From assembly GCA_951406725.2 (NCBI GenBank), contig OX597827.1:11036001-11100000 (forward strand): 64,000 bases of DNA, in the 5' to 3' direction. The translations under genes and the position numbers were made by a program. Origin of the DNA: Octopus vulgaris (Eukaryota). Below the pieces are notes generated by a model. The model was given only the letters and a program-made list of their open reading frames with translations, was not told the origin of the DNA and did no database searches. Shown piece by piece: positions 13,516-25,299 of this stretch; position 1 is the stretch's first letter, and each line of letters starts with the position of its first letter.

Positions 13516-15726
13516 GTTACATATGCCCTGATAATTATAGGTATATAGCTGAACTTGTAATCTGTATGTATGTATGTATGTATATACCTATGTATGTAAT
13601 GTATGTATGCATATATGTATATGTGTATTTATATTTTTGTTATATCTGTCTTGTCTAGGTTTCAAGGAAGATTGTCCATTTGACCTGACAACCAGTCCAA
13701 GACTACCCGCCTTAATTTATATCCAGCCCTCTAGTGTCCCCTTCAATATTATGTGGCATGCAAAATTCTTGAAACTTTTGGGTGAAAAAGTGTATGCATT
13801 TCAAACTTTCAGCATCAGTCATTGTATTTAGTGTGGAACACTGATGAGGTAAAGTGCAAGATTGCGTAATGTTTCTTCAATGTTTATGCAACTATTATGG
13901 CATTTTGGTGAAACATGTGAATGCTCTATAAAGCATTGAATACCATACCTATTTTCATATGTATACATACACACACACACATATATATATATATATATGT
14001 TTGTGTGTATAACAAACATATACATATATATATCTGTATGTATATGCACATATACACATACAGACACACACAGACATCTATATATTCACAGATACACGGC
14101 TAGTTTAGACACAAACACTCACACATGCACCGCTGCCACTCACATTTCATACACAAGCATGCATGTACTCACACACACACACACACACACACATTTATAT
14201 GTATTTATGTATATGTACACATACATATATATACGTGTACACATTCATGCATGTACAAAAATTTGAAAGAATCTAAATATCTCGATACTGATTCGCTTCT
14301 TTCTTATTTCTTAAGTCTCCATTACTGGAAGATTCCACATGAAAAAAAAAAAAAAAAATTAAAATTGCATGCGGAATCCTTAGGGCTCATTTTTTTTTTC
14401 TTTTTCTCTAGGGTAGATGGGTATGTGTGTATAATACATGCTTACCATTCCCCACAAGGCAGCTTTGATACCAGAAGCATTGAACCCTTCACTCAGATTT
14501 AAATTTGAAACTATCTAGTGAAGAAATCCCTAAAATTCCATATGAAACCGAAAAAGAAAATAAATAACAATAAATGAATAAATAAAATAAATAATTATTC
14601 AAATAAAAAAAAGGTAAACCATGTTTTAAACCTTAGGGTTATACAGTAATTTGATATAAGTTGCATACCTATAAATTTGTATTTTTTTTTTTTCTGCGTG
14701 AAGGCACTCCCTGGGTTCTCATATGTGTATAGTTAACCCCTCCCAGCTGCTCAGAAGGTTTTCCCCACACATTTCTAAGTAGTTGCTCTTACCTGCAAGA
14801 AATAACAGCTAAATCTTTCTTGAATCTCACGTTACCAGTGTCTTGCAAAAATGGGATTCATTGGATGTTATAGTCCTAGATACGCTATGCCTGAAAAATA
14901 AGACAAATTGTCATGGTTTGAATCGCATTGATTATAATTCGGTTCAATTAAGGCTGACTTCTGGTTAAACAACAACAACAAAAACAACTTTATTTTGCTC
15001 AACTCAATGAAGAACCTGCTTTGTGGTTGTTTGACTTGCTAGAAATAGCTGTTAAATCCCCCTCATATCACATCTTGTCGCTTTTCAAAATGGGAAGGCT
15101 ATGTTGCATAATATGCACAAAATAAGATAGGATGATAAGGTATGGAATGGATTTACTCATCAGTCTGCTGTATCAGAATTAACCTTCATAAGTACAGCCA
15201 TACAATAAAGTAAAGTGGACATAGAAAATGAGAAACAATGCATTGACGGTGCCTCCAAAAAGGAACCCATATTAAACAAGATGGTTTAAGCCATTGGCAT
15301 TCAGACTACTGTGTCAGAATTAACGATTATTTATCCGCTTAGGATTGTGAATTACACACACACATACGTGTATATATATGTACGTTTGTGTGTGTATATT
15401 TGCAAGCATGCATGTGCACATATCTTTTGCTGGGGTACATTAATGGAGAATGCAAAACATCAATAGAAACCAAAATATAATAAAAAAAATAATCATCTTG
15501 TGCTTTTCAAGTGAAGTCCCTTGTGATATTTATTTTGCAACCAGTGGCAAATACTCCCTTGACTGTCTTATAATAAGAAATGCTATGAACCTATGATTGG
15601 CCTATTGGAAACCTGTAACTAATGATGCTATTGTTCCCCATTTGTGATATCAGATAATAAAGTGTACATGTGTATGCATGTATGCGTGTGTGTGTGTGTG
15701 TGTGTGTGTGTGAGTGTATACATATA

Positions 15727-16139
15727 CTCTCTTTTACTCTTTTACTTGTTTCAGTCATTTGACTGCGGCCATGCTGGAGCACCGCCTTTAATCAAGCAAC
15801 TCGACCCCGGGACTTATTCTTTTTGTAAGCCCAGTACTTATTCTATCGGTCTCTTTTGACGAACCGCTAGGTGACGGGGACGTAAACACACCAGCATCGG
15901 TTGTCAAGCTACGCTTGGGGAACAAACACAGACACACAAACACACACACATACATATATATATATACATATATATACGACAGGCTTCATTCAGTTTCCGT
16001 CTACCAAATCCACTCACAAGGCATTGGTCGGCCTGGGGCTATAGCAGAAGACACTTGCCCAAGATGCCACACAGTGGGACTGAACCCGGAACCATGTGGT
16101 TGGTTAGCAAGCTACTTACCACACAGCCACTCCTGCGCC
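15727..16139 (-). mobile_element. SINE-A, full length
   Basis: Family match. Confidence 0.93.
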
Positions 16140-16430
16140 TATATACATACATTCATACACATACACACATATAGTCTTAGAAATACATAGTAAAATACAG
16201 GATAAAACATCACACAATCACACAAGAAATGTTTAGAAACCGATGCTGAAATACATTAGAAATATACATGAAATGTGTAGAAACACCATAATCAGGAATT
16301 CGGCATGGGCAGAAAAACACATAGGGAGAGGTAAGAGGTAAAAAAAATGTGTGTAGGAAGATAAACTGATCTGTGTATACCTTAGTAAAGAAAGAGTATG
16401 GTGGATAACACAGCCCTAAATGCATGTCTG

Positions 16431-16465
<35 letters not shown>

Positions 16466-16935
16466 AAGTCAGCGGTGGTGCCCCAAGCATGGCCACGGCC
16501 TTCGGGCTAAAACATTTTTAAGGATTTTAAGGATTTAAGAGAAAAACAGAAGATTTGGTCACAGCTGGGATATCTTTGATCTTAGGTCTGCTTGATCAAA
16601 CTGACCTGGGGCTAAACAATAACATTGCTACCATTACCACCACCGCCACCACCAACAACAACAACAATAACAACTACAGCGACGGTATCAATAATAACTA
16701 CAACAATATGTCTTGCTTATTGAGTAGTAGTGTGACATTTATAAATGCGGAATGGGAAAGATGCGGGAATTGAGAGAAACAGAACTGGAGGTAAGATGTG
16801 ACACGACTTGATATGTGCTAAGTTTAGGGTGAGAAAAAGTACGTTATTTTACAGACTTTTTCGGGATTTTGTTTAGATCCTGATCTGCTTTGGGTGTGCA
16901 AATTTAAGAGTAAAGACATTTTAATCACGACCATA

Positions 16936-17344
16936 GGCGCAGGAGTGGCTGTGTGGTAAGTAGCTTGCTAATCAACCACATGGTTCCGGGTTCAGTCCCA
17001 CTGCGTGGCATCTTGGGCAAGTGTCTTCTGCTATAGCCCCGGGCCGACCAATGCCTTGTGAGTGGATTTGGTAGACGGAAACTGAAAGAAGCCTGTCGTA
17101 TATATGTATATATATATGTATGCATGTGCGTGTGTGTTTGTGTGTCTGTGTTTGTCCCCCTAGCATTGCTTGACAACCGATGCTTGTGTGTTTACGTCCC
17201 TGTCACTTAGCAGTTCGGCAAAAGAGACCGATAGAATAAGTACAAAGAATAAGTCCCGGGGTCGATTTGCTCGACTAAAGGCGGTGCTCCAGCATGGCCG
17301 CAGTCAAATGACTGAAACAAGTAAAAGAGTAAAAGAGAGAGAGT
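16936..17344 (+). mobile_element. SINE-A, full length
   Basis: Family match. Confidence 0.93.
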
Positions 17345-17515
17345 ATCCCTACCTAGGTTTACATAGGCTAATGTGAGTGAGCTTCCTTTTACAAGACAGT
17401 AATGCATGACTTGCATAGATATTGCTGATATTTCTAGCTGGTTGAACAACCATACAGGTGTTCCCTTGTTGGTGTTACCTGGATAAAGGTTAATTTCTCG
17501 TTTACTTATTATGTA

Positions 17516-18250
17516 AAGGCACATGGTTTTGTATTCGGTTCATGGTTCTAAGGTCTTGAGTTCAATTCCTGGCAATTCCTGTCCTTGAGCAAGACACTTT
17601 ACTGCGATATTTCACTTTGCTCCAGTCCACTCAGATGGCAAAAATTAGTTATGAATTGTACTTGTATTTTAAAGGGCCAGCCTTGTCACATTCTCTTTAC
17701 TCTTTACTCTTTTACTTGTTTCAGTCATTTGACTGCGGCCATGCTGGAGCACCGCCTTTAGTCGAGTAAATCGACCCCAGGACTTATTCTTTGTAAGCCT
17801 AGTACTTATTCTATCGGTCTCTTTTGCCGAACTGTTAAGTTACGGGGACGTAAACACACCAGCATCGGTTGTCAAGCGATGTTGGGAGGACAAACACAGA
17901 CACACAAAGACACAAATATACATATATATATATACATATATACGACGGGCTTCTTTCAGTTTCCGTCAACTAAATCCACTCACAAGGCTTTAGTTGGCCC
18001 GAGGCTATAGTAGAAGACACTTGCCCAAGGTGCCACGCAGTGGGACTGAACCCGGAACCATGTGGTTGGTAAGCAAGCTACTTACCACACAGCCACTCCT
18101 GCGCCTATTCTGTGTAACATTAAATCACCCTGAGAACTATGTTAAGGGTACACATGTTTGTGGACTGCTCAGTCTCTTGCAAGTCAATTTCACACAGAGT
18201 ATGTTCCACAGATTGGATGAACTGGAATCCTTGACATTGTAACTGGTAGA
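17516..18250 (+). mobile_element. SINE-B copy split by a SINE-A insertion
   Basis: CCTTGTCACATTCT ... ATTCTGTGT rejoins the SINE-B consensus; ATTCT appears on both sides of the insertion. Confidence 0.75.
17693..18105 (-). mobile_element. SINE-A, full length, nested in SINE-B
   Basis: Family match. Confidence 0.93.
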
Positions 18251-18367
18251 GTACCGGTTGTAGTAGTAACAGACTTACTGTGACGTGGATGAGAAACAAT
18301 TCTTCAGGACAGAAACCCGTTAGCATTTAAAATGATTATATCAGGCCTAGATGCTCTACCTGTTTTA

Positions 18368-18746
18368 CAGGGGTTGGACAAAATAATGGAAACATCTAGC
18401 AACATAGCATCATAATTTTGAAATATCTATAAAACCATCAAAAGCTTGTTTATTTTAATGTTTTTTGATTTATTATTAGTGTTGCTTAATATGTTTTGTT
18501 AAAATTGCTGTTTCTTTTCAGATATTATCAGAAAAAGGTAATTAAAATTCATTAAAATGACAGATTTATCAGACTTTCAAAGAGGTCAAATTGTTGGTGC
18601 TTCTATGGCAGGCGCTAGCGTAATGAAAACAGCCGAAATGTTTGGTGTATCAAGAAGTACTGTCTCGAAAGTAATGACAGCCTTTGAGAAAGTGGGAAAA
18701 ACCTCCCCATCGAAACAAAACTCTGGATGGTAACCAAAACTTTCAG
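18368..18746 (+). mobile_element. Tc1-like transposon left end with transposase N-terminal HTH fragment
   Basis: TA|CAGGGGTTGGACAAAATAATGGAAAC TIR-like end; from 18557 reads MTDLSDFQRGQIVGASMAGASVMKTAEMFGVSRSTVSKVM..SGW*PKLS. Confidence 0.85.
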
Positions 18747-19284
18747 TTGGTGAAGAACCAAAGCACAATAAACTAGTTTTAAGAACTGGAGGTTGGTCAA
18801 TGTGGAATGAAACAGTTGGGTATGGATATTTGAATGTTGATGATTTTGGCATGGCTGACTGAACTTGTTTTGATGACAGTGCAACAGTACAATTTGGCAA
18901 TAGAGGCAAACACTCAAATATCCTTGTTGCTTATTTGGATTATAATCACCCCATTTGATTTATATTGATAATACCATACAAAATTCTGGTGCCTTTAACT
19001 TAAGTACCATATTCATCTGAATCTAAATTTTGCTCTACATATACATATATGCATGTTGTACATGTATATATAAGTATATATGTATATACATAAATATATA
19101 CATATATATTTGTATATATGCATACATACAAACATACACACACTCACACACATGTATATATATATATGTATGTGTGTGTGAATATATATATATGTATAGA
19201 TATAGATATATATATCTTTATATATATATATCTAAATATATCTATATATATATAGATTGATAGATATACATACATATATATGTA

Positions 19285-19317
<33 letters not shown>

Positions 19318-19319
<2 letters not shown>

Positions 19320-19546
19320 CAAAATCAAGGAACGGCCATAATAGGCCATTCACCCACTAGAAATAACAGCCAAAGCTTCAACCGCAAAACAACATTAATT
19401 CCGCAAACCAGGAGAAAATTAAAAAAACATTTACCCATTTTTTAATTTTCTCCTGGTTTGCGGAATTAATGTTGTTTTGCGGTTGAAGCTTTGGCTGTTA
19501 TTTCTAGTGGGTGAATGGCCTATTATGGCCGTTCCTTGATTTTGAT
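19318..19546. repeat. Perfect inverted repeat, 109-bp arms, 11-nt spacer
   Basis: 19318-19426 is the reverse complement of 19438-19546. Confidence 0.95.
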
Positions 19547-19643
19547 GTTGAATTTATAAATGGTCTATGACTATTTAATTTTTTCCCACTAGGCCGCTGG
19601 TGGCAAAAAAAATTCAACGAAATTTTTTGCCACCCTATATTGA

Positions 19644-19691
<48 letters not shown>

Positions 19692-19891
19692 TTTCTTTTA
19701 AGATGGCATTGAGCTATTTAAAGCAATTGATTGCAAGAATGGAAGAATCTTTTTATATTGGTTTATGAGGTAAATTATACATCTATAGAAACACATTTGT
19801 GTGCTTTGTACTGAAAGAATAATGAATCTACAATTTTACAAATTCATAGACATGAAACTTACTTATAAAGTTACCATTTTGATTTTAAGGC

Positions 19892-20116
19892 TTAACCCTT
19901 TAGCATTCAAAGTAGTCATATCGAACCTGAATATTCTTTCTTTATGTTCGAACCAGCCAGATCCCTCCTCTTACACCTACCCTGCAATACCATTCCTAAT
20001 GTAAAGAGTTACATGAAGGAAATTTCATAGATTTGAGATAATGCATGACTAATCCAAAACAATGTGAATAAATAAATCTTACATTTCAGAGATTAATCTG
20101 ATTACTAAAGGATTAA
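19892..20116. mobile_element. piggyBac-like MITE
   Basis: TTAA-CCCTTTAGCATT ... CTAAAGGA-TTAA ends; related copy at 48029-48252. Confidence 0.6.
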
Positions 20117-21501
20117 AAACATTTGGGTTTTTTTTTCATAAAGGTTTTTAGAGATTTTGTCAGCAAGCAAATTCAGGTTTGAATGACAGTGAGGGGTTCC
20201 ATATCCCTGGTGTAGAGACTTCAGTTTATTAACCACTGAAGGATGAAAAACAAAACTGACCTCAGCAGGATTTGAACTCAGAATATAAAGAACCTAAAGA
20301 TTCACTTATTTCACTAACCTTGCTGTTTCTACTTCTGCCACAACACTAGAAAGTTTTAGTTACTATCATTGATCCCCAGTATTGATTGGTACTTTATTTT
20401 ATCAACCTTGGAGGGATGAACGGTTGAGCTGACTTTGATGGGATTTGAACTCGGACCATAGTATAACAAACCAGCTGGAATACTACAAGACATTTTTTTT
20501 CTATTGCTCCAACAATTCTGCCTATTTACCACACTCAGAGTGAAGTATTGTGTTAGTAGCACACCTTTAATATGGCGTCTGGTTGAAAAAGAGTTGTATA
20601 ACAACTTCACCGATTTTAAAATGGTTGTGTGATTCGCCCTTGATTAGAAAGGAAAACAATAAAGTATTCTACACTGACAAAATGAAATAATTAATGATGG
20701 TTAATGATCAGCTAGAATACAGAATGGAAGACAAAAGAACATGATCTGAGAGAATGAGAAAGAAGAGATCTTCAGAAAATAGTTTTTCAAATAGCAGTAT
20801 TTGCTGGAGGGAGGATGTATTGTATAATGTGAAAGGATAGATAATATCAGTAACTGCAGCATTTGTGGTGGGCATGGCAACATAAGTGTGTATTTCTTTA
20901 GAGGGTAGGTGCAGAGTCTGACTGTCTCTATGTACAGAGAAGCTTTCTTTGAAATACTGTCATATAGCGTTATATCTGCGCAAATGAAAATCAGTAGCAT
21001 TCTCTCACACGAGAATAATTGTCCCGAGTGGTCTAATTTAACATGCATACAGTAACAGACATTAGTAAGGATGCCAATTGTTCCCAGGTTCAAAGGAAAT
21101 TATTTTTTTCTTTTGCTTTTATTTCGAAGAAACTTTTACCATAACAGCAGAGTTGCATTCACTGTAATGTCAGCCATTTTGATATGGAATAGATTCGGCA
21201 ATTATTGACTGGAACTAGAATTATTTGACATTTCTTTCGAAATCATACTTCAGTTTATTTTCCATTGGTCAATCGAAGTGGTCATAGAAAATTGCTAACC
21301 CAAATTCAGTATGACATCTTTATTTGATTACCAAATTTGAATGATATTTTAAACCAATCTTCATAATATGGAATTGAAAAGTTAACCATATTTGCTCTGA
21401 TCTTAAAACCCTTGCTTGGCATTGCTCTTTCAGTAGAGAACATCTATTAAGTTTCCAGGCCATCTTGACTCGTTACTGAATGCATAAAACAAATTTTCAA
21501 A

Positions 21502-21516
21502 ATGGTTGGCTCCGCA
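21502..21516 (+). CDS. Candidate first coding exon (MVGSA) of an unidentified gene
   Basis: CAAA-ATG-G start context, 5 codons, consensus GTAAGT donor at 21517, at the end of ~800 bp of unique sequence. Confidence 0.45.
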
Positions 21517-21556
21517 GTAAGTATATGAATATTTGAAAACATTAAAAAATAACCAT

Positions 21557-21578
21557 CTTATTATTATTATTATTATTA

Positions 21579-21622
<44 letters not shown>

Positions 21623-21628
21623 ACTATA

Positions 21629-21663
<35 letters not shown>

Positions 21664-21687
21664 TATTATTATTATTATTATTATTAC
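21557..21687. repeat. (TTA)n microsatellite
   Basis: Direct. Confidence 0.95.
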
Positions 21688-21846
21688 TGAATGGTCATTA
21701 TAACATTGCTTCAGTTATACACAATTCAGTTTTCTCACAAGTCATTATGACATTTGAATTAAGTCAATTAAGTTCAACAATTCATATTGATTATATTTTA
21801 TCTTATTTGTGTATTAATGCTCCTTACACACCTCAGTCATATAAAA

Positions 21847-21861
21847 AGGTCACGTTGACCT
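21847..21861. promoter_or_regulatory. Perfect estrogen-response-element palindrome (IR3) AGGTCAcgtTGACCT
   Basis: Exact consensus; near-copy ATGTCAcgtTGACCT at 21944-21958. Function not shown. Confidence 0.5.
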
Positions 21862-22675
21862 TAACTCTATGCAAATACAGTTTAAGTCGGTATAGTCACT
21901 TACCAGGTCATAATGCTCTTACTATATACGTTAATGTTCAAGAATGTCACGTTGACCTTACTTATATATTGATTTTTCTTTGTCTATGCGAAAAGACCCC
22001 AAATTTATAGGAGAATACAAATAAGGTGTTGTAACATTCATGTATTTTCCAAAGAGCATTAGTGGTATAAATAAAGGTGAAATAACATTAACTAAGACCT
22101 GCAATCAAGTTATATGCTTTGCTCACCCCAGAAGCTTAGATTTTACTTCATATGTTACGCTGACCTTCATGGTATATTTATAACTAAAAGCAGAATATTT
22201 GCATGTTATTACTGTTTCCTACCCACGTTACCCCAGTAACGTAATTTGAATTGTTCTCAACAACAGTTTCTTCTATATGTCCCTATACTTTCCTCATAAA
22301 TTATGAAACATAACTTTCTAAAATCAAATTTTTTTTCATCTTACCTTTGACTCCCATTTCAAAGCCAGTTTTTATTTATTCACAAACTCAGCATGAGTCA
22401 CTCACTCTTGTCCTGTTCACAGGTCAATACAGATGTTTATCTTTTATATATTAACCATCCAATATCCCGCTGCTTTCATAGGTTTTTTTTTTTCCGTTTT
22501 TTTTTTTTTAGGTTCATTCTATCATCATGACAAATAAAGGTTGTCTAATCTTTCAATTTCATACCTGTGTAGCCCTATTACCAAACAACAATCAGCTCAT
22601 GTAAAAGCTAGTAGTGTTTGTATACTAGTACTTCAACTAATGCAAAATGTAGGTGGTGAATTAGTTGAGTCACTG

Positions 22676-23540
22676 AGGTGAGTCAAAAGTTTCGTAATAT
22701 TTGCATACATGCTAATTTGCAGCATGCATGTCATGTGACTGAAGCAGTCCAAGCCATAGAAGTTACCCGCTGAAATTGGTAGTGTCGTTGTAGTTGGTGC
22801 ACTGACTCACGGTGCCTTGCTTTGTTTCTGCATGTAATTTTCAAAGCCACACGTGCAATGTAATCTAATTCAGGAACTCATGTTTTATTAGTTTGAACTG
22901 GGCCAATAACACTGCAGAAACAAACATGAAATATCTGTGTGCAAACGGTGAAGGTTCAGTTGATCTGAGAACAGTAACCCAGATGATTCAAAAAATTTCA
23001 CTTGAATTGCAAGAACCTCCACAATCAGGTATGGCCAATAAGGCCTAAAACTGTGGATTCTGAGGCCATGCTCCAAACCATAGAGAAAAAATCCAGCAAG
23101 TAGCACTTGGAAAGTATCAGGTGAGCTCAGTATCTTGTGACTGTATGCTATTTTGTGGCAAAAATACCCAGCATTGGCTAACAGAAACCAAGCTGTTCTG
23201 TAACAAAACGACATAAAACCCTGATTGATTTGGAATAAATTCCAAGAGCTTGAAGAAATTGAACTGATGCCATGCCCAGTATATATTCTGGACCCAGCTC
23301 CCTCGGATTATTATTTGTTCTAATCCATGACTTATTTTCTGCACTCACAATATTTTATCAACCAAGAGGAGGTGGAAGCTACAGTGGAGAAGTTCTTTGT
23401 CTTGAAGGACAAGAATTTGTATGAGCGTGGGGTCAAAGAACAGGCAGAGATGACCTCTACTTTGAATGCCAAGCTGCTTTCGTTGTACTTTCACAAATAA
23501 AGCAAATAAATTACCAAAATGTTGCAAAACTTTGACTCAA
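22676..23540 (+). mobile_element. Degenerate, internally deleted mariner element
   Basis: TIR-like ends TGAGTCAAAAGTTT / AAACTTTGACTCA; FELG..TAET HTH remnant at ~22892; decayed YSPDLAPSDYYLF motif (DPAPSDYYLF) at ~23290. Confidence 0.75.
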
Positions 23541-24909
23541 TGCAATAGCGGGTCAGATAAGATGCTTTGTGGTATTTGTTCCAAATCCCTCTGTTATGCA
23601 TTCAAATCTAGCCAAAACCATTTTTGCCTATCATTTATTCAAGATTAATAAAGAATGTATGAATTCAAGATAGGAAATTTACAGAACTAAAAAAAATATT
23701 GGAGTTGTTACTTTGCTTTAGCTGTTCCTGCTCTTTTGCATTTTGAGTTCAAATCCTGGCTTTAGACTTAACCCATTACCTGGTTTAACATCACCAGCTG
23801 GCACATTGGGTATACCTTTCTCCTTCCCTCCCTCCCACAAATCTCAGAAGCTCTGTGAAAGCATCATGGGTACTGCCTCTTCTGAAGGGGAAAGAGAAAG
23901 GAAAAGTAGAAAAAATATTTCAAAAAATGACTATTTTGATTAAGCCATATTCCAGGAGTATACTGGAAATAATACGATGGCTAGCATGTCGTAAGCTCAT
24001 TATATTATTAACAAATCTCTCTCTTCTGTTCTGTCCCAACTAACAATAATTTCAGTAAATGATATAAGACAAAACAAGAATATCATAACTCTGTGAGTCT
24101 GAAAATAGTCCTGCTTCTGAATAAGGCCAAATGGAAGAATTAAACATAAACAACAGAAATGAATAATGATTATTAGAAGTATTGAAACATCAGAAATGAA
24201 GCAGAACCTCAAAATATTAAGTAATATCTATTTGAATAACAAAAGTATTTGAACAACTCTTTGTAGTACCTGACATCAAATGATGGGTTTCTATTTTAGG
24301 GCCCAATTTTTTTTCTTTTACCTTTGTTGTATCTCAAAACATGAAGTAATATCTGTTTGAGGTACGAAGGAATTGGAAAATGAAATTATGCAACACTTCA
24401 TACCAGTAAAGAGGCTAGTAAATATTTTTCTACAGTGGTACTTTGAAGAACAAAAGTAGATGAACATCTCTGTGGAACAATTGGTGGCAGGGTCTTCACT
24501 CAGGGGCTAGAAAATATTTTTGTGCCTTGAAGAACAAAGGTATGGGAATATCTCTATGGAACATTTCACACTACTCTGATGGATGGGTTTCAGTCTCAGG
24601 GCCATAAAATACCTCTTACTGCAGTGGCACCTCAGAACATAAATGAGGTAAATTTTATGCCCAAGTATTGAAATAAATATCAATATTAGAAGGCTTTAGC
24701 TGTGATAATTAATGGATATAAGAATGTAAACACATTTGTTCTATGCTTCTGATGTGTGGGAAAATGTTGAGGAACTTCTCATCTAGGACTGTTTCACAAT
24801 TTGATGATCACTCCTCAGAGAAGACATACTCAACCTCCTTCCACATTTGATAGAATAGAGTGTTCACCTTCTATATTAAGTACTCAGCAATTAAGCTATT
24901 ACCATTTTG

Positions 24910-25040
24910 GTTTCATCATTTCGGGGTTGATTAAATAAGTACCAGTTACGCACTGGGGTCGATATAATCGACTTAATCCATTTGTCTGTCCTTGTTTGTC
25001 CTCTCTGTGTTTAGCCCCTTGTGGGTAGTAAAAAAATAGG
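24910..25040 (+). mobile_element. SINE-C 3' fragment
   Basis: TTCGGGGTTGATTAAATAAGTACCAG..AGCCCCTTGTGGG matches SINE-C. Confidence 0.8.
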
Positions 25041-25299
25041 TTAACTTAATTTGCATATTTGTACTTTAGACTGGTTTATCATTAAGCAGTCAAGCTATAT
25101 ACTTTAAGCACAATATGGGGTTATGAGGGAGGGGTGACGATGAAGGGGGAAGGAGAAGGTGGGTAGGAGTGAAGAGAAGAGAGAAGGAGAGTAGGAGTGA
25201 AAAGAAGAAGTAGGAGTAGGAGCAAGAGAGGAGAGGTGGTGGGAGGAAGTAGGTGTGAGGGGGAGAGAGGCGAGAGGAGGAGGTTAGATGATGAGGGGA

